The position numbers were made by a program, and so were the translations under genes. Under the pieces are notes generated by a model. The model saw nothing but the letters and a program-made list of their open reading frames with translations. It did not search any database and was not told the DNA's origin. Below, piece by piece: positions 60,819 to 64,000 of a DNA stretch of 64,000 nt; the stretch's first letter is position 1; each line of letters opens with the position of its first letter. The stretch covers positions 1,024,001 through 1,088,000 of the forward strand of contig OZ244732.1 in NCBI GenBank assembly GCA_965219345.1, in the 5' to 3' direction. Source of the DNA: Nitrosopumilus sp. GTDB lineage: Archaea > Thermoproteota > Nitrososphaeria > Nitrososphaerales > Nitrosopumilaceae.

Positions 60819-61197
60819 GGTTCTGTAACGTTATAGGCACCTGAGATATGGATCTTCTAAGGATTGAAAAATTTAAAATCCTTATTGGCATTGACTCAGA
60901 GAGGCATTTTGAATGATGGTCAAACTATAACCGTCTGGCAGTATTTGGGTATTTCTGCATCTAGCCCAAACGAACTATATCATACCAAGTATATATTAAA
61001 AATGATTAAACATTTGAGTTATTGTAAAAATCACATAAAGTAATTTTCAGTTTAATTGTATTATTTCATAATTAATGGTGCGGTATTGAGATTCAAGGTA
61101 ATGATAAATGGAAAACCTTAATTCAGAACGCCTGTAACCCGACTGAAAACACGAAGAATTGCGTCCCATAAATCGAACAGAATCACGTTACAGAACC
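60819..61197 (-). mobile_element. 379-bp internally deleted IS6-family element
   Basis: 13-bp TIRs GGTTCTGTAACGT at 60819-31 and 61185-97. The minus strand retains the transposase end TIIQNASLSQCQ* and a subterminal TTTTTCAATCCTTAGAAGATCC like the end of the 9406-12785 element. Confidence 0.85.
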
Positions 61198-61228
61198 CTT
61201 ATAAAGTACTAGTACCGTACCATACGGT

Positions 61229-62386
61229 ATGGTAGAAGATTTAAGATTAGATAGTTTAGAGGGAGTAGGTCCTGTAACTACAAGAAAAATGTCAGATGCA
61301 GGTATCCACAATATCATGGATCTAATTGTTAGAGGTCCAGTAGAAATTGCAGAGATAACTGGAATGGACAAAGATACGGCAGCAAAAATTGTCAATAAAG
61401 CCCGACAACATCTAGTTGAAGGAGGATTACTTTCTAAAGACTTTGTTAGTGCAAGTGAAATTTACAAACGCCGACAAAGTATTGGTAAAATTACAACCGG
61501 TACAAATTGTCTTGATACATTATTTGATGGTGGTATCGAAACTCAAGCCTTAACAGAAGTTTATGGAGAATTTGGTTGTGGTAAAACACAATTTGCACAT
61601 ACAATGTCTGTCATGGTTCAAAAAACCAAAGAAGAAGGTGGTCTTGGAGGCAGTGTTTTATACATTGATACTGAAAATACATTCAGACCTGAAAGAATTG
61701 TAGCAATTGCTAAAGCTCATGGAATGGATCCAGATAAAGTTCTAGATCGTATCATCGTTGCTCGTGCATATAACAGCGCACACCAAACATTGATTCTAGA
61801 AGAATCTGGCCCAGTAATTGAAGAAAATAATGTCAAACTACTAATTGCAGACTCTGCGGTTGGTTTGTTCCGTGCTGAATACCTTGGAAGAGGAACATTA
61901 TCAGTCAGACAACAAAAACTAAATCACTTTGTTCATTTATTGGTAAGAATTGCAGAAACATACGATTGTGCTGCAATTGCAACCAATCAAGTAATGGCAT
62001 CACCTGACGTCTTCTTTGGAGACCCAACCAGACCAATTGGTGGAAACGTAGTTGCACATACAAGTACCTACAGAATATACTTTAAGAAATCAGGCAAGAA
62101 ACGAATTGCTCGAATGGTAGACAGTCCTCACCATCCTGAAGAGGAGGTAATCTTTGCTCTAGGTGAGGCAGGTGTTATGGATCCTGAGGAGGCTGAGAAA
62201 AAGACAAAAAAGACTACCAAAAAGGCAAAAGAGTCTAAAGTAGAAGCTACAGCAGAAACATCTAAAGTCGAAAAAATCACTGAAACTTCAGAGGTTGAAA
62301 CTGCTACAGAAACATCTGATGTAGAACCACCCATGGAATCTATGGCCGATGCTAAATCAGATGATTCAGAACCAACTGAAGAGTAA
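61229..62386 (+). CDS. radA: DNA repair and recombination protein RadA
   Basis: GEFGCGKTQ, YIDTENTFRPER, LFRAEYLGRG and GGNVVAH; low-complexity C-tail. Confidence 0.97.
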   Translation: MVEDLRLDSLEGVGPVTTRKMSDAGIHNIMDLIVRGPVEIAEITGMDKDTAAKIVNKARQHLVEGGLLSKDFVSASEIYKRRQSIGKITTGTNCLDTLFDGGIETQALTEVYGEFGCGKTQFAHTMSVMVQKTKEEGGLGGSVLYIDTENTFRPERIVAIAKAHGMDPDKVLDRIIVARAYNSAHQTLILEESGPVIEENNVKLLIADSAVGLFRAEYLGRGTLSVRQQKLNHFVHLLVRIAETYDCAAIATNQVMASPDVFFGDPTRPIGGNVVAHTSTYRIYFKKSGKKRIARMVDSPHHPEEEVIFALGEAGVMDPEEAEKKTKKTTKKAKESKVEATAETSKVEKITETSEVETATETSDVEPPMESMADAKSDDSEPTEE

Positions 62387-62434
62387 TTATCGTTAAATTA
62401 TAAAACAAGCTCTCCAAGTATCTGTTGATACATT

Positions 62435-63490
62435 ATGACAGATCTTTATCGTTTGCTTCCAGAAGAGATAGAACAACTAGTAATTGATATGGGTTATCCA
62501 AGATACAGATCAGACCAAATTTTACTTCCACTCTATTACAAATTTCCAAAAAATATCAATGATATACCACAACTTCCAAAAAAATTAAGAGAAGAATTAA
62601 CTGAAGCCGGATACACAATTGGTTCCGCAAAAGAGATGCATCGAGTAGTTAGTGAGGATGGAGATACAACTAAACTGTTACTTGATCTTTCTGATAATTC
62701 TTCTGTAGAGGCTGTTCTAATGCAATATCCTCCATCAAAAATTGGTGGCCATCCAAGATCAACAATTTGTGTTTCTACTCAAATTGGCTGTGCAATGGGA
62801 TGTATATTTTGTGCAACTGGTCAGATGGGATTTGAAACAAATCTCAAAGCTGAACATATTGTATCTCAAGTAATTCATTTTGCAGATATTTTACAGAAAC
62901 GGGGAGAACATGTAACAAACTTGGTTTTCATGGGAATGGGTGAACCTATGGCAAACTATGATGAGATGATTCGTGCCGTAAAGATTCTAACACATGATAG
63001 AGGTTTTGGAATTGGTCAACGAAACATCACTATCTCTACCATTGGTATTATGTCTGGAATCGACAAACTAGCTGAAGAAAATCTACAAGTTGGTCTTGCT
63101 ATATCTCTTCATGCTCCAAATAATAAACTAAGAAAAAAACTAGTTCCTACAGCAGGACCTGATTCTGTTGAAGAAATTATTGAAGCAAGCAGACGGTATT
63201 ACAAAAAAACTGGACGTCGTGTAACCTTTGAGTATGTACTAATGAAAGGAATTAATGATTCACCTGAAATTGCAGAAGATCTAGCTAGACTTTTGAAAGG
63301 TAATGGTTCTCATGTAAATCTGATTCCTATCAATCCTACTGCTGGTGATTTTCAGCGTCCAACACAGGATAACGTTCATGAATTTGAACAAATTTTGTCT
63401 AATGCTGGTGTAAACTGTACTGTTCGCGTAGAAAAAGGCACTGAGATCTCAGCTGCATGTGGTCAACTCAGAACAGATATTGTTGGATAA
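62435..63490 (+). CDS. rlmN: RlmN/Cfr-family radical SAM RNA methyltransferase
   Basis: CVSTQIGCAMGCIFCATG, MGMGEP, SLHA and AACGQL. Confidence 0.93.
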   Translation: MTDLYRLLPEEIEQLVIDMGYPRYRSDQILLPLYYKFPKNINDIPQLPKKLREELTEAGYTIGSAKEMHRVVSEDGDTTKLLLDLSDNSSVEAVLMQYPPSKIGGHPRSTICVSTQIGCAMGCIFCATGQMGFETNLKAEHIVSQVIHFADILQKRGEHVTNLVFMGMGEPMANYDEMIRAVKILTHDRGFGIGQRNITISTIGIMSGIDKLAEENLQVGLAISLHAPNNKLRKKLVPTAGPDSVEEIIEASRRYYKKTGRRVTFEYVLMKGINDSPEIAEDLARLLKGNGSHVNLIPINPTAGDFQRPTQDNVHEFEQILSNAGVNCTVRVEKGTEISAACGQLRTDIVG

Positions 63491-63547
63491 GTTTTCTAAA
63501 ATAATGTTCTAAGTGTTAAAATAAGGCTTTTAGAGGCTTTACACTAC

Positions 63548-63847
63548 ATGGCAACTAAGAAATCCCACGGCCGTTCACATGGATTTAAACACAAATCACG
63601 TTCTGTTATGAAGAAAAGGGCCCCAAGGGGAGTCTCATTTTTGTTACGTGAATACCATGAAGGTCAACAAGCACTTGTCATCATTGATCCTAGACAGCAC
63701 AAAGGACTGCCACACCGACGATACCACGGTAAAGTCGGTGTCATCACAAACGTTGGCAGACGTGCTATAACACTTGATGTGAAATTAGGTAATAAATCGA
63801 AAACCTTAATCACTAGATTGGATCATATCAAACCATTCGGTGTATAG
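63548..63847 (+). CDS. rpl21e: 50S ribosomal protein L21e
   Basis: HKGLPHRRYHGKVG. Confidence 0.95.
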   Translation: MATKKSHGRSHGFKHKSRSVMKKRAPRGVSFLLREYHEGQQALVIIDPRQHKGLPHRRYHGKVGVITNVGRRAITLDVKLGNKSKTLITRLDHIKPFGV

Positions 63848-63849
63848 AT

Positions 63850-64000
63850 ATGGAAGAAGTAAAAAAGAAACAATCTATTTCTCTCTCAGAAGTTAAAGAA
63901 ATTTTGGGTCAAGTAGATGTTGAAGAAATGGATCAAATCCAACGTTGGACCTATGACTATGTTTCAAAATTTGTATCACTTGAACCTAAAGATGCAAAAA
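63850..64000 (+). CDS. rpo4: RNA polymerase subunit Rpo4/F (3'-partial)
   Basis: MEEVKKKQSISLSEVKEILG...QIQRWTYDYVSKF, in the canonical position after rpl21e. Confidence 0.85.
   Translation, partial: MEEVKKKQSISLSEVKEILGQVDVEEMDQIQRWTYDYVSKFVSLEPKDAK

Noticed and set aside
62190-62386. RadA C-terminal extension as an intein or extra domain
   Set aside because: It is a low-complexity Lys/Glu/Thr tail with no intein motifs.

Overview
This window looks like the chromosome of an AT-rich Nitrosopumilus-like thaumarchaeon. The evidence is an archaeal histone, Topo VI, aIF-2beta, Nop5/fibrillarin, RadA, rps17e/rps30e/rpl21e and CFI-box-CTERM surface proteins. All calls are from reading the sequence by eye; no searches were run. 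Core housekeeping blocks (about 16.1-35.2, 40-55.5 and 61.2-64 kb) alternate with three accessory regions. (1) 1-15.8 kb holds large repeat-rich surface proteins, IS6-family remnants, and a complete 3.38-kb IS6-type cargo transposon (9406-12785) with perfect 45-bp TIRs and a TAATGAT target duplication. This transposon carries a BglII-like restriction-modification pair whose methyltransferase is out of frame at a G9 tract, an AbrB-like regulator with an operator-like repeat array, and a textbook box C/D guide RNA in the transposase leader. The region also has a class II (Ser/Leu-type) tRNA body with an Ile (UAU) anticodon. (2) 35.2-40.0 kb is a decayed integrative defence islet bounded by a 15-bp att repeat at the overlapping stops of two convergent genes. 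It carries a DUF3800-like gene followed by a structured RNA, a 26-bp hairpin repeat array and an AbiV-like gene. (3) 55.6-61.2 kb holds XPB-Bax1, a STAND/Avs-like nuclease remnant, a truncated protease and another IS6 remnant abutting the radA promoter. The most novel candidate is the transposon-borne C/D guide RNA together with the putatively phase-variable R-M module.
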